This document shows positions 18,447-26,391 of a stretch of DNA of 64,000 nt, piece by piece; position 1 is the first letter of the stretch; each line of letters opens with the position of its first letter. The DNA is from Chloroflexota bacterium. Lineage in GTDB: Bacteria > Chloroflexota > Anaerolineae > Anaerolineales > Villigracilaceae. Position numbers and translations under genes: made by a program. The stretch lies in the NCBI GenBank assembly GCA_049323115.1, contig JBMOMP010000031.1, positions 36,018 through 100,017 on the forward strand, in the 5' to 3' direction. The notes below the pieces were generated by a model. It made no database searches, was not told the DNA's origin, and saw nothing but the letters and a program-made list of their open reading frames with translations.

Positions 18447-18475
18447 TCAGTCATCAGTGATCAGTGGTCAATGAA
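18434..18475. repeat. Heptanucleotide tandem array (GAGTGAC CAGTGAT CAGTCAT CAGTGAT CAGTGGT CAATGAA) spanning the GT2 stop codon
   Basis: Read directly from the sequence. TGA at 18437, 18444, 18458 and 18472 covers all three frames. The reverse strand reads CTGATCA/CTGATGA repeats that are also rich in TGA. Confidence 0.8.
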
Positions 18476-18504
18476 GGTGAGGGGGGCCGTATTTTCGAGC
18501 CAAT

Positions 18505-19872
18505 ATGAATCTCTCTTTCCTGCGCGATAAAACTTTCATGCGCGCCATGCTGGGGCTTGCAATCCCGGTCGCTTTCCAGCAATTGATTACTGCAAGCATG
18601 AACATGCTTGATGTGCTGATGGTCGGCCAGTTGGGGGAAGCCTCCATTGCCGCCTTGGGGCTTGCCAACCAGATCTTCTTCTTGCTGATCCTGTTCCTGT
18701 TCGGCGTCACCAGCGGTATGGCTATTTTCACTGCCCAGTTCTGGGGCAAGAATGATGTGGAAAGTATCCATACTGTGATGGGCATCTGCCTGACGGTGGC
18801 GGTCTCGGTGGGGTTATTGTTTTCACTGGCGGCCATCCTCATCCCCGAAACGCTGATGCGCTTCTACACCGAGGACCCGCAGGTGGTTGCGCTGGGCGCC
18901 AGTTATCTGCGCATCGTCGGTTTCAGTTACGCCTTCATGGGCATCACTACTTCTTATATGGCGGTGCTGCGTTCGATCACCTGGGTCAAGTTGACGGTTA
19001 TAGTCTCTGTCACAGCCATCCTGGTCAAGACTGGCCTGGCTTATTTGCTCATCTTTGGCGTGGGGGGGTTGCCAGCCTTGGGCGTACGCGGGGCGGCGAT
19101 TGCCACCACGACAGCCTGGGTCTTCGAAAGCATTTTGATCGTCACCCTGTCCTATGTATTGAAATCGCCGCTGGCAGCCAATCCCTTGACCTTTTTCCGC
19201 CTCGACCGTCCCTTCCTGGCAAACGTGCTCAAAACCGCCATGCCGGCCGCCGCCAATGAAGTCTTTTGGTCGGTGGGTATTACCATCTACAATGCGGTCT
19301 ATGCCCGCATCGGCACGGACGCCATTGCGGCGATCAATATCAACGCCGCTATCGAAGAACTGGCTTTCGTTGCTTACATCGGCCTGGGCAATGCCTGCGC
19401 CGTGATGGTGGGCAACAAGATCGGCGCGGGCGAAAAGGACGCTGCCTTTGAATATGGCCGCCGCTTTACTCTCTTGACCATAGGGATCGCCGTGCTGATC
19501 GGCCTGGTTATTTTTTCGGCGCGGGACCCGGTAATCGGCCTGTATGAGATTTCTGAGGAGGCTGCAAATTACGTCCGCATATTGATGGCAATCTTTGCAG
19601 CCACTACGTGGCTGCGCGCTTTCAATTTCATTTTGTTCATTGGCGCCTTGCGCGCGGGCGGCGACACCCGCTTTGCCATGTTCATGGAACTTTTTTCCAT
19701 CTGGGCCATTGGCGTCCCGGCAGCCCTGATCGGCGGCTTCGTCTTGCGCCTGCCGGTCTATGGGGTCTATCTCATGGTGCTGCTCGAAGAAGCGGTCAAA
19801 GCCGTTGTCATGTTCCGGCGTTACATTTCCCGCCGTTGGATTCATGACCTGGTTAACGCAGCACCGGTCTAA
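18505..19872 (+). CDS. MATE family efflux transporter
   Basis: 455 aa with 12 TM segments. The N-terminus LAIPVAFQQLITASMNMLDVLMVGQLGE is typical of MATE proteins. Confidence 0.85.
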   Translation: MNLSFLRDKTFMRAMLGLAIPVAFQQLITASMNMLDVLMVGQLGEASIAALGLANQIFFLLILFLFGVTSGMAIFTAQFWGKNDVESIHTVMGICLTVAVSVGLLFSLAAILIPETLMRFYTEDPQVVALGASYLRIVGFSYAFMGITTSYMAVLRSITWVKLTVIVSVTAILVKTGLAYLLIFGVGGLPALGVRGAAIATTTAWVFESILIVTLSYVLKSPLAANPLTFFRLDRPFLANVLKTAMPAAANEVFWSVGITIYNAVYARIGTDAIAAININAAIEELAFVAYIGLGNACAVMVGNKIGAGEKDAAFEYGRRFTLLTIGIAVLIGLVIFSARDPVIGLYEISEEAANYVRILMAIFAATTWLRAFNFILFIGALRAGGDTRFAMFMELFSIWAIGVPAALIGGFVLRLPVYGVYLMVLLEEAVKAVVMFRRYISRRWIHDLVNAAPV

Positions 19873-19880
19873 TGCGGACA

Positions 19881-19916
19881 AAAAGCGGTCGCTGGCTAAA
19901 ATTGGCGACCGTTTTT
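19881..19916. terminator. Rho-independent terminator between convergent MATE and MerR/B12 genes
   Basis: AAAAA, then GCGGTCGC (19885-19892), a 12-nt loop, GCGACCG(T) (19905-19912), then TTTTT. Confidence 0.5.
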
Positions 19917-19991
19917 CGATATTCTCCCATCTTCGAGCGGATCCTGCCCGCTTCACCCAACCCGCAGCCTGGATCTTGACCGAGGTGCACT

Positions 19992-21290
19992 TTACTCGCC
20001 GGTTTCCGCTTTCGCCGTGAGCCAGTCGGAGACGATTTGCCCTACACTGCCCATTGCCTTCTCGACCGATTGCGCATAGGCTCGAAGATAGGCTTTCAGG
20101 GTGGGGTATGTTATGTTGCGCTGCTGCATGAGGCCGCGAATCCAGTCCATTTCGGCATAGACGCTGTCCAGGGTGCCGAGCGCCAGGGCTGCTTCGAGAT
20201 CATCCCCCAGGCTTTGCGTGGCAATGTGCATGTGCTCAATGGGCAGGCCGAGTTCATGAATCTCGGTCGCTAAGTAAAATTCGATCATTGGACGGTTGTA
20301 CTTGAAGTCTTGTAACAATCTGTTTTCGGGTTTTGTAAGTGGCGCAACGCTGGGCGCGGCAGGTTTTGTAGACAGGATGTTCTCGATGGTCTCAAGGGAT
20401 GTTCCCAGCATTTCTCCGAGAAAATGCGCCGGGATGCGCATGCGCAGTTCAGGCCGCAGGTTGAAGATGCGGCCTCCGTAACCGACGGTTGCGCCTCTGG
20501 CATCCAGGTAGCGCGCTGTTTCTTGCAGGCTGGCGGCGGTATGCAGTTGTTGGGCTGCCAGTACGACCAGGTTGGGGCGTACGATGGATAGGGTCTCTTC
20601 GAAGCGCTCGGTGGGGACGTTGGCGCCCAGGTAGAAGACGTTCATTCCGCGGCGGCGCAGGAGGAGTGTCATCAGCAGCAGGGGCAGGGTATGCCATTCG
20701 GCGGGCGGGCAGCCAATCAGCACGGTCTGTGGGCGGGTGGGGAGGGGTGTGGCAGCGATGAGCGCGTCGAGGCGGCGCGCGATCAGCCCGGAGGCGAAAT
20801 GCTCGTGTTGGACGGTGACTTCGCCCGTGTACCACATCTCGCCGATCTGGTGCAGTCCGCGCTGGAGCAGTTCGATGCAGACGGTTTCGACAGGGTACAT
20901 GGCGAAGGCCTGGTTGATGGCCTGCTCGGCGGCAATTTCGTCGAAGGCCAGGCAGGCTTCCAGCCACTGTTGGCGGGCAGAGGCGAGGTTGGCGGTCGGG
21001 ACCGCGAAAACGCCGGTTGGACGGGGAGCAGCCAGCGGGTCCAGGCCCGAGGCGCATTCTTCCTTCCACAGGTCCACGGCGCGAGAAATGGACAGCCCCT
21101 CTCCTTGTTTTGTCATCAACCATTTGATGGTCTCGATGTCGCGCTGGGAATAGAGACGATGCCCACCGGGCGTGCGCTCGGGCATGGGCAGGCCATAGCG
21201 GCGCTCCCAGGCGCGCAAGGTGTCGGCGGCGATGCCGGTCTCTTTGAGTACGACTTTCAGGTTGAAGGTGGGGGCGGCGCTGGGGGACAT
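19992..21290 (-). CDS. MerR-family, cobalamin-binding CarH/LitR-like regulator with an extra C-terminal domain
   Basis: MerR HTH: LKETGIAADTLRAWERRYGLPMPERTPGGHRLYSQRDIETIKWL. The 4-helix-bundle motif W-x9-EH is present (WYTGEVTVQHEH). The B12-binding Rossmann segment reads IGCPPAEWHTLPLLLMTLLLRRRGMNVFYLGANVP...YGGRIF. The ATG at 21290 is preceded by GGAGAG. The annotated ORF start at 21329 is a TTG that lies inside the repeats. Confidence 0.7.
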   Translation of the reverse strand: MSPSAAPTFNLKVVLKETGIAADTLRAWERRYGLPMPERTPGGHRLYSQRDIETIKWLMTKQGEGLSISRAVDLWKEECASGLDPLAAPRPTGVFAVPTANLASARQQWLEACLAFDEIAAEQAINQAFAMYPVETVCIELLQRGLHQIGEMWYTGEVTVQHEHFASGLIARRLDALIAATPLPTRPQTVLIGCPPAEWHTLPLLLMTLLLRRRGMNVFYLGANVPTERFEETLSIVRPNLVVLAAQQLHTAASLQETARYLDARGATVGYGGRIFNLRPELRMRIPAHFLGEMLGTSLETIENILSTKPAAPSVAPLTKPENRLLQDFKYNRPMIEFYLATEIHELGLPIEHMHIATQSLGDDLEAALALGTLDSVYAEMDWIRGLMQQRNITYPTLKAYLRAYAQSVEKAMGSVGQIVSDWLTAKAETGE

Positions 21291-21317
21291 GGATCTCTCC
21301 GGTTGCAGGTTGAAAAT

Positions 21318-21350
21318 GTCGGATTGCAAAGATATTGCACAGATATTGTA
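21318..21350. promoter_or_regulatory. Three tandem 11-bp direct repeats upstream of the CarH-like gene (candidate operator overlapping -10-like hexamers)
   Basis: Plus strand: GTCGGATTGCA / AAGATATTGCA / CAGATATTGTA. Minus strand: TACAATATCTG / TGCAATATCTT / TGCAATCCGAC. They lie 28-60 nt upstream of the ATG at 21290. Confidence 0.5.
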
Positions 21351-21558
21351 CCTGATTTCCAGGCGCTATGGGTCAAGGACGCACTATGAAGAAGCAGCCG
21401 GTGTCGTTGTGGCGCTTTAGTTTCTCAGTAGTAGCACCGATAAAGGCCAGCAGGGCACAGGCTTCTGTGCATCCTCCAAAGGCGGATATTTTATCCTTGG
21501 GCCGACATTTCACCATTTTCCCATTGACAAAGATGGCCGCCTCCGCTACCCTCGAAGC

Positions 21559-23652
21559 GTGCCAGAACTTACTGCTCCGCAACGCCAGGGTGCCCACTTT
21601 GGGCTGGACGCCAAACGCTTCCTCTCCGGCCCGGCCGGCGCTGGCAAGACCACGGTCGGCGTGGAACGGATGCGCTTCCTGCTCGACAATGGGATGCGCG
21701 CCGATTCTATCCTCGTCCTGACGCCCCAACGCACCCTGCAAGAGCCATACCTCGCTTCTTTTCACGGACCTGGAACTGCTCCCGGCAGCGAAGTGACGTT
21801 TGCCACCCTGGGCGGACTGGCGCGCCGCATGGCCGAACTGTTCTGGCCGTTGGCGGCCGAGGCAGCCGGCTTTGCCCGTCCCGACCAGCCGCCCACCTTC
21901 CTGACGCTCGAGACGGCGCAATATTACATGGCGCACCTCGTCCGTCCGCTGCTGGATGAGGGCTACTTCGAATCAGTCACCATTGACCGCAACCGCCTGT
22001 ACAGCCAGATCATCGACAACCTGAACAAAGCCGCCGCCATCGGCTTCCCGCATACCGAGATCGGCGCGCGCCTCGACTCTGCCTGGTTCGGCGACCCGGC
22101 CCAGCGCCGCGTCTACGCCGATGCGCAGGAGTGCGCCAACCGCTTCCGCGCCTACTGCCTGGAATATAACCTGCTGGATTTTTCGCTGCAACTGGAAGTC
22201 TTCTGGCAAGTTCTGTGGCCGGAAGGGTTTGTGCGCGAGTACCTGACCGGGGCGCACCGCCACCTGATCTACGACAACGTGGAAGAAGACGTTCCGCGCG
22301 CCCATGACCTGCTGCGCGATTGGCTGGCGGAATTCGACTCGGCGCTGTTGATCTACGACGAAGGCGGGGGCTACCGCCGCTTCCTGGGCGCAGACGTGGA
22401 GACCGGCTGGGCCCTGCGCGACCTGTGCGACGAAGCGATGACGCTGGACGGCAGTTTCGTCATTTCCAGGCAGATTGCCGGGCTCGAAAAATCCCTCTGC
22501 CACGCCATTGCCCCCAGCCGCTACCCCGGCCCCCTTTTGCCGGTCGAGGAAAGCGCACTGGCTTTCATCCAACGCCGCTATTACCCGGACCTGCTGGATG
22601 CGGTTGCAAACGAAGCCCATTCGCTGGTCGCCGAACAGGAAATCCCGCCTGATGAAATTGTCATCGTAGCGCCCTACCTGTCCGACGCGCTGCGCTTCTC
22701 GTTGACCCAACGCCTGGAGGCGCGCGGCGTGCCCTGGCGCTCGCACCGTCCCTCCCGTTCCCTGCGCGATGAACCCGCCAGCCAGGCGCTGCTGACGCTG
22801 GCTGCGCTGGCGCATCCCGCTTGGGACGTCCGCCCGCCGCGCTTCGATGTGGCCTACGCCCTGCTGCAATCCATCCAGGGAATGGATCTCGTCCGCGCCC
22901 AACTGCTGGCTGAGATCGTCTACCGCCAGCGCGATTTCTGGCTGGCTCCGTTCGAGGGGATCAAAGCCGATATCCAGGAACGAATTACCTTCCTGTTTGG
23001 CTCCCGTTACTCCCTGCTGCGGGAATGGCTGCTCGCCTACCGGGAAAGTGAATGGCTGCCGCTCGACCACTTCCTGCGGAAACTGTTCGGCGAGGTGCTC
23101 TCGCAGCCCGGCTTTGGCTTTCACAGCAACTTCGACTCCGTCCGCGTGGCAGCCAGCCTGGTCGAATCGGTCAAGAAGTTCCGCCAGGCGCTCGAACCTT
23201 CCTTGCGATCCAGCGAGGCTCCATTCCCGGACCTCGGCAGGGAATACCTTGCCATGCTGCAAGACGGGGTGATTGCGGCGCAATATCTCGAAGGCTGGCA
23301 GGCGGAGGCAAACGAGGCCGTGCTGGTCGCCCCGGCATATACCTTCCTGATGATGAACCGTCCGGTCACGGTCCAGTTCTGGCTGGATGCGGGTTCCAGC
23401 GGTTGGCATGAGCGCCTGTCGCAGCCGCTCACCCATCCTTACGTCTTGAGCCGCGAATGGGAAGCAGGCCGAATGTGGTCTGATGCGGACGAGGTCGAAC
23501 AGGGGCGGGAGACGCTGGCGCGCCTGGTATCCGGTCTGCTGCGGCGCTGTGAGGGTCGCATTTACCTGGGTTTGAGTGAACTGGGTGAAAGCGGTTTTGA
23601 GCAACGCGGCGACCTGCTGAGGGCATTCCAGAAAATACCAGTCCCGGGTTGA
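21559..23652 (+). CDS. UvrD/AddB-like P-loop helicase family protein
   Basis: Walker A is GPAGAGKTTVGVERM. A Walker B-like motif LIYDNVEED is present, and the architecture is UvrD_C-like. 697 aa. It uses a GTG start, and no nuclease motif was recognised. Confidence 0.6.
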   Translation: MPELTAPQRQGAHFGLDAKRFLSGPAGAGKTTVGVERMRFLLDNGMRADSILVLTPQRTLQEPYLASFHGPGTAPGSEVTFATLGGLARRMAELFWPLAAEAAGFARPDQPPTFLTLETAQYYMAHLVRPLLDEGYFESVTIDRNRLYSQIIDNLNKAAAIGFPHTEIGARLDSAWFGDPAQRRVYADAQECANRFRAYCLEYNLLDFSLQLEVFWQVLWPEGFVREYLTGAHRHLIYDNVEEDVPRAHDLLRDWLAEFDSALLIYDEGGGYRRFLGADVETGWALRDLCDEAMTLDGSFVISRQIAGLEKSLCHAIAPSRYPGPLLPVEESALAFIQRRYYPDLLDAVANEAHSLVAEQEIPPDEIVIVAPYLSDALRFSLTQRLEARGVPWRSHRPSRSLRDEPASQALLTLAALAHPAWDVRPPRFDVAYALLQSIQGMDLVRAQLLAEIVYRQRDFWLAPFEGIKADIQERITFLFGSRYSLLREWLLAYRESEWLPLDHFLRKLFGEVLSQPGFGFHSNFDSVRVAASLVESVKKFRQALEPSLRSSEAPFPDLGREYLAMLQDGVIAAQYLEGWQAEANEAVLVAPAYTFLMMNRPVTVQFWLDAGSSGWHERLSQPLTHPYVLSREWEAGRMWSDADEVEQGRETLARLVSGLLRRCEGRIYLGLSELGESGFEQRGDLLRAFQKIPVPG

Positions 23653-23664
23653 ATTACTCCTACA

Positions 23665-23718
23665 CTCGCTACCCTGGGGTGAATTTGTCCGCTTTATGGA
23701 CAAATTCACCCCAGCGAG
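23665..23718 (+). terminator. Long hairpin downstream of the helicase gene (probable terminator)
   Basis: A 15-bp perfect stem, GGGGTGAATTTGTCC (23676-23690) with GGACAAATTCACCCC (23698-23712). An outer 6-bp stem pairs CTCGCT with AGCGAG. A TTTTT run follows 7 nt downstream. Confidence 0.5.
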
Positions 23719-23905
23719 CCGCGCCTTTTTCGGGGAAGTGCTTGTAAATTTTCGTCATGAATAATTCCTTTGTGCTAAAATTCAGCGCAGTTTATCGGGG
23801 AGGCGCTACCGCCGAACCATTTGGCGCGCTTCGTGGTGATGGTGACTGCGTAGTTGGATTTGAGCAAGGTTTATGCGCGGTACGCGTCGGTAGAAGGCGA
23901 AGCCA

Positions 23906-25171
23906 TTGCGCCGGAAATTCTGTTGGGATTGTTGTTCTATGGCTATGCCTGTTTTCCGCTGGTTTGCAGTTCTCCAACTGGTTGTGATTTTACCGGCATT
24001 AGCGTCGCGCCTGTTTGTCTGGCAGAACGGTCAGGAATCGGTCTTGCGGATGATGTGGGCGGGGTTAGTGACAGCCATCCTCTTGCTGGGATATTTATTT
24101 TGGCGCAACCTGCCTGCCAGGATGGGCAAAGTCTACCTGCCCCTTGGCTTGGCAATTGCCACGTTGGGTCCCAGCCTGGGACATTTCTACATGTTGCTCG
24201 CGCCAGACTGGCAGTCCGCGCCGGCGCCGTTGGTGGGAGCGTGGCAATTGGTTCCATTGCTTTTTGTGCCGCTGGTTATCATTGCTGTGCAGTACAACTA
24301 TCATGCCGTCACCGCCTATTGCCTGGGGACAGCCGCGCTCAACATCGGGCTGATGAGGGCTGCGCTTGGCGGTTTGAATGCGGACATGACGCCGACCTTT
24401 GCCATGTTGGTGGTGCGGACGTTTACCTTCCTGGTGGTGGGATACAGCGTGGTCTGGCTGACGGGTGTCCAGTACAAGCAACGGCGGGCGTTGGCAGAAG
24501 CAAACCGCCGCCTGGCGCAATACGCCGCTACCCTGGATCAACTCGCCACGCAGCGCGAACGGAATCGCATTGCGCGGGAACTGCATGATGTGCTGGCGCA
24601 CTCCCTGAGCGGGCTTGCCGTCCAATTGGAAGCCGTCAAAACGCTGTGGGATTCGAAGCCGCCCAAAGCCCGCCAGATGCTGGAACAGGCGCTCGCCGCC
24701 ACGGATGTCGGGCTGACAGAGACCCGCTGCGCCATGCAGGCGTTGCGCGCCGCGCCCCTGGAAAACCTGGGACTGGCGCTGGCAATTGCCGACTACGCCG
24801 AGGCCGCCGCCCAACGTGCGGGCTTGCAGTTGGAACTGCGCCTGCCGGAAAAAATCTACCCGCTGCCCACTGCCATCGAGCAGGATATTTACCGCGTTGC
24901 CCAGGAAGCCATCGAGAACGTTGTGCGCCATGCCAGGGCGCGGACCATCTCGATTGCGTTATCCCAGGAAAACGGGCAGGTCACATTGACTATCCGCGAC
25001 GACGGGCAGGGATTCGATCCGCAAGCGCTACAAGCGGGGTCGGAACGATCCGGCTTTGGCATCCGGGGAATGCGGGAACGCGCCGAGATGTTGGGCGGCG
25101 AATTGGGTGTAAAAAGCCAGCCTGCCCAGGGCACGACGGTTCAACTGATCTATCGGGAAGACCATGATTGA
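23906..25171 (+). CDS. Membrane sensor histidine kinase, HisKA_3 (NarX/DesK) type
   Basis: About 6 TM segments, then the H-box RNRIARELHDVLAHSLSGL. The HATPase_c domain shows NVVRHA...DDGQGF...GFGIRGMRERAEMLGG. Confidence 0.85.
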   Translation: MRRKFCWDCCSMAMPVFRWFAVLQLVVILPALASRLFVWQNGQESVLRMMWAGLVTAILLLGYLFWRNLPARMGKVYLPLGLAIATLGPSLGHFYMLLAPDWQSAPAPLVGAWQLVPLLFVPLVIIAVQYNYHAVTAYCLGTAALNIGLMRAALGGLNADMTPTFAMLVVRTFTFLVVGYSVVWLTGVQYKQRRALAEANRRLAQYAATLDQLATQRERNRIARELHDVLAHSLSGLAVQLEAVKTLWDSKPPKARQMLEQALAATDVGLTETRCAMQALRAAPLENLGLALAIADYAEAAAQRAGLQLELRLPEKIYPLPTAIEQDIYRVAQEAIENVVRHARARTISIALSQENGQVTLTIRDDGQGFDPQALQAGSERSGFGIRGMRERAEMLGGELGVKSQPAQGTTVQLIYREDHD

Positions 25172-25817
25172 CATATTGATTTGCGACGACCAGGATTTGG
25201 TCTGTGAGGGACTGCGCGCCATTTTGGAGGCTTCGCCGGAACTGCGGGTGATCAGCGTGGCGCACGATGGCGCCGAAGCGGTGGAGTTGGTTTCCAAATC
25301 CGCGCCGGATATTGTCTTGATGGATTTGAAAATGCCGGTCATGAACGGCTTGCAAGCCACGCAAGCCATCCGGCAGAATCATCCGCAGGTGAAGGTGCTG
25401 GTGCTGACCACTTACGACGCCGACGAATGGGTGTTCGACGCTATCCGCAGCGGGGCATCTGGCTACCTGCTGAAAAACACGCCGCGCGAGGCATTGATCA
25501 AAGCCATCAAAGACACCGTCGTAGGCAAGACGCATGTTGACCCTGCCGTGGCGGGCAAATTATTCTCGCGCCTGGCGCTGAACACGCCTGCCCCCGAAGC
25601 CTCGATCAGCAAAGACCTGACCGAAAGGGATTTGGATGTGCTGCGCCTGGTGGCGCGCGGTCTTTCCAATGCGGAGATTGCCCAGCGGCTCTTTCTGACC
25701 GAGGGCACGGTGCGGAACTACGTCAGCCAGGTGTTGACCAAATTGGGGGTGACCGACCGGACACAGGCAGCCGTCATCGCGCTGCGTCATGGTCTGGTCG
25801 ACTTGAACGAACTGTAG
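25164..25817 (+). CDS. NarL/FixJ-family response regulator (REC + LuxR HTH)
   Basis: REC: ILICDDQDLV...DIVLMDLKMPVMNG. LuxR HTH: LTERDLDVLRLVARGLSNAEIAQRLFLTEGTVRNYVSQVLTKLGV. An 8-nt overlap couples it to the kinase gene. Confidence 0.9.
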   Translation: MIDILICDDQDLVCEGLRAILEASPELRVISVAHDGAEAVELVSKSAPDIVLMDLKMPVMNGLQATQAIRQNHPQVKVLVLTTYDADEWVFDAIRSGASGYLLKNTPREALIKAIKDTVVGKTHVDPAVAGKLFSRLALNTPAPEASISKDLTERDLDVLRLVARGLSNAEIAQRLFLTEGTVRNYVSQVLTKLGVTDRTQAAVIALRHGLVDLNEL

Positions 25818-25843
25818 AAAATTGACTTCAGTCAAAAACGAGA

Positions 25844-25877
25844 TGACTGCAATCAACTGAGTAGATGATTGCAGTCA
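25844..25877. promoter_or_regulatory. 12-bp perfect inverted repeat upstream of or overlapping the next gene start
   Basis: TGACTGCAATCA (25844-25855), a 10-nt spacer, then TGATTGCAGTCA (25866-25877). A smaller inverted repeat, TTGACT-TC-AGTCAA, lies at 25822-25835. Confidence 0.3.
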
Positions 25878-26375
25878 ATGGTGCATTCCGAGGGGACTGA
25901 ACATAATAGAGACATGATTACCTTGCTCAACCTTCTGCTCGATGTGTCCCTGCTGCTGCTCTTTCCCCTCTCATTTGCTTCGGCGTATCTCAGCAAATCC
26001 ATTCATCCGTGGGTGGGAGGCGGCATGGCGGCGGTCGTTTTCATCCACCAGAATTTGCACTGGGGTTGGATCAAGGCAATTGGTCAGCGCATCCTGAAAC
26101 CGATGACGGGAAAAGTGCGCCTGAAAGTCATTCTGGACGCTTTGCTTCTGACTGATTTCCTGTTGTTGGCGACAAGCGGACTGATCGTTTCCGTCATTTA
26201 CGCGCCCAACATGACCCATTTCCACCAGAACTGCATGTACGTTTTCGCTGGGCTGCTGCTGGTACATCTTTCCCTCAACTGGAAATGGTTGTGGTCCAAA
26301 CTTATCAGTTTCGCACCCGGCGGTTTGCGAAAGATGGATAAATCCCTCGTGCGTTCAACGACAACAAAAATCTAA
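25869..26375 (+). CDS. Hypothetical His-rich polytopic membrane protein (DUF4405-like?)
   Basis: About 4 TM segments with conserved-looking His residues (HQNLHWGW, HFHQN, LLVHLSLNW). The start is uncertain: TTG 25869, ATG 25878 or ATG 25914. Confidence 0.45.
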   Translation: MQSMVHSEGTEHNRDMITLLNLLLDVSLLLLFPLSFASAYLSKSIHPWVGGGMAAVVFIHQNLHWGWIKAIGQRILKPMTGKVRLKVILDALLLTDFLLLATSGLIVSVIYAPNMTHFHQNCMYVFAGLLLVHLSLNWKWLWSKLISFAPGGLRKMDKSLVRSTTTKI

Positions 26376-26391
26376 AATAAGGAGTTTTGAC

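Noticed and set aside
21973-23709. 578-aa minus-strand ORF antisense to the helicase gene
   Set aside because: Same reasoning: the sequence is Arg/Gly/Ala/Gln-rich and has no recognisable domain, whereas the plus-strand frame carries Walker A and B helicase motifs.
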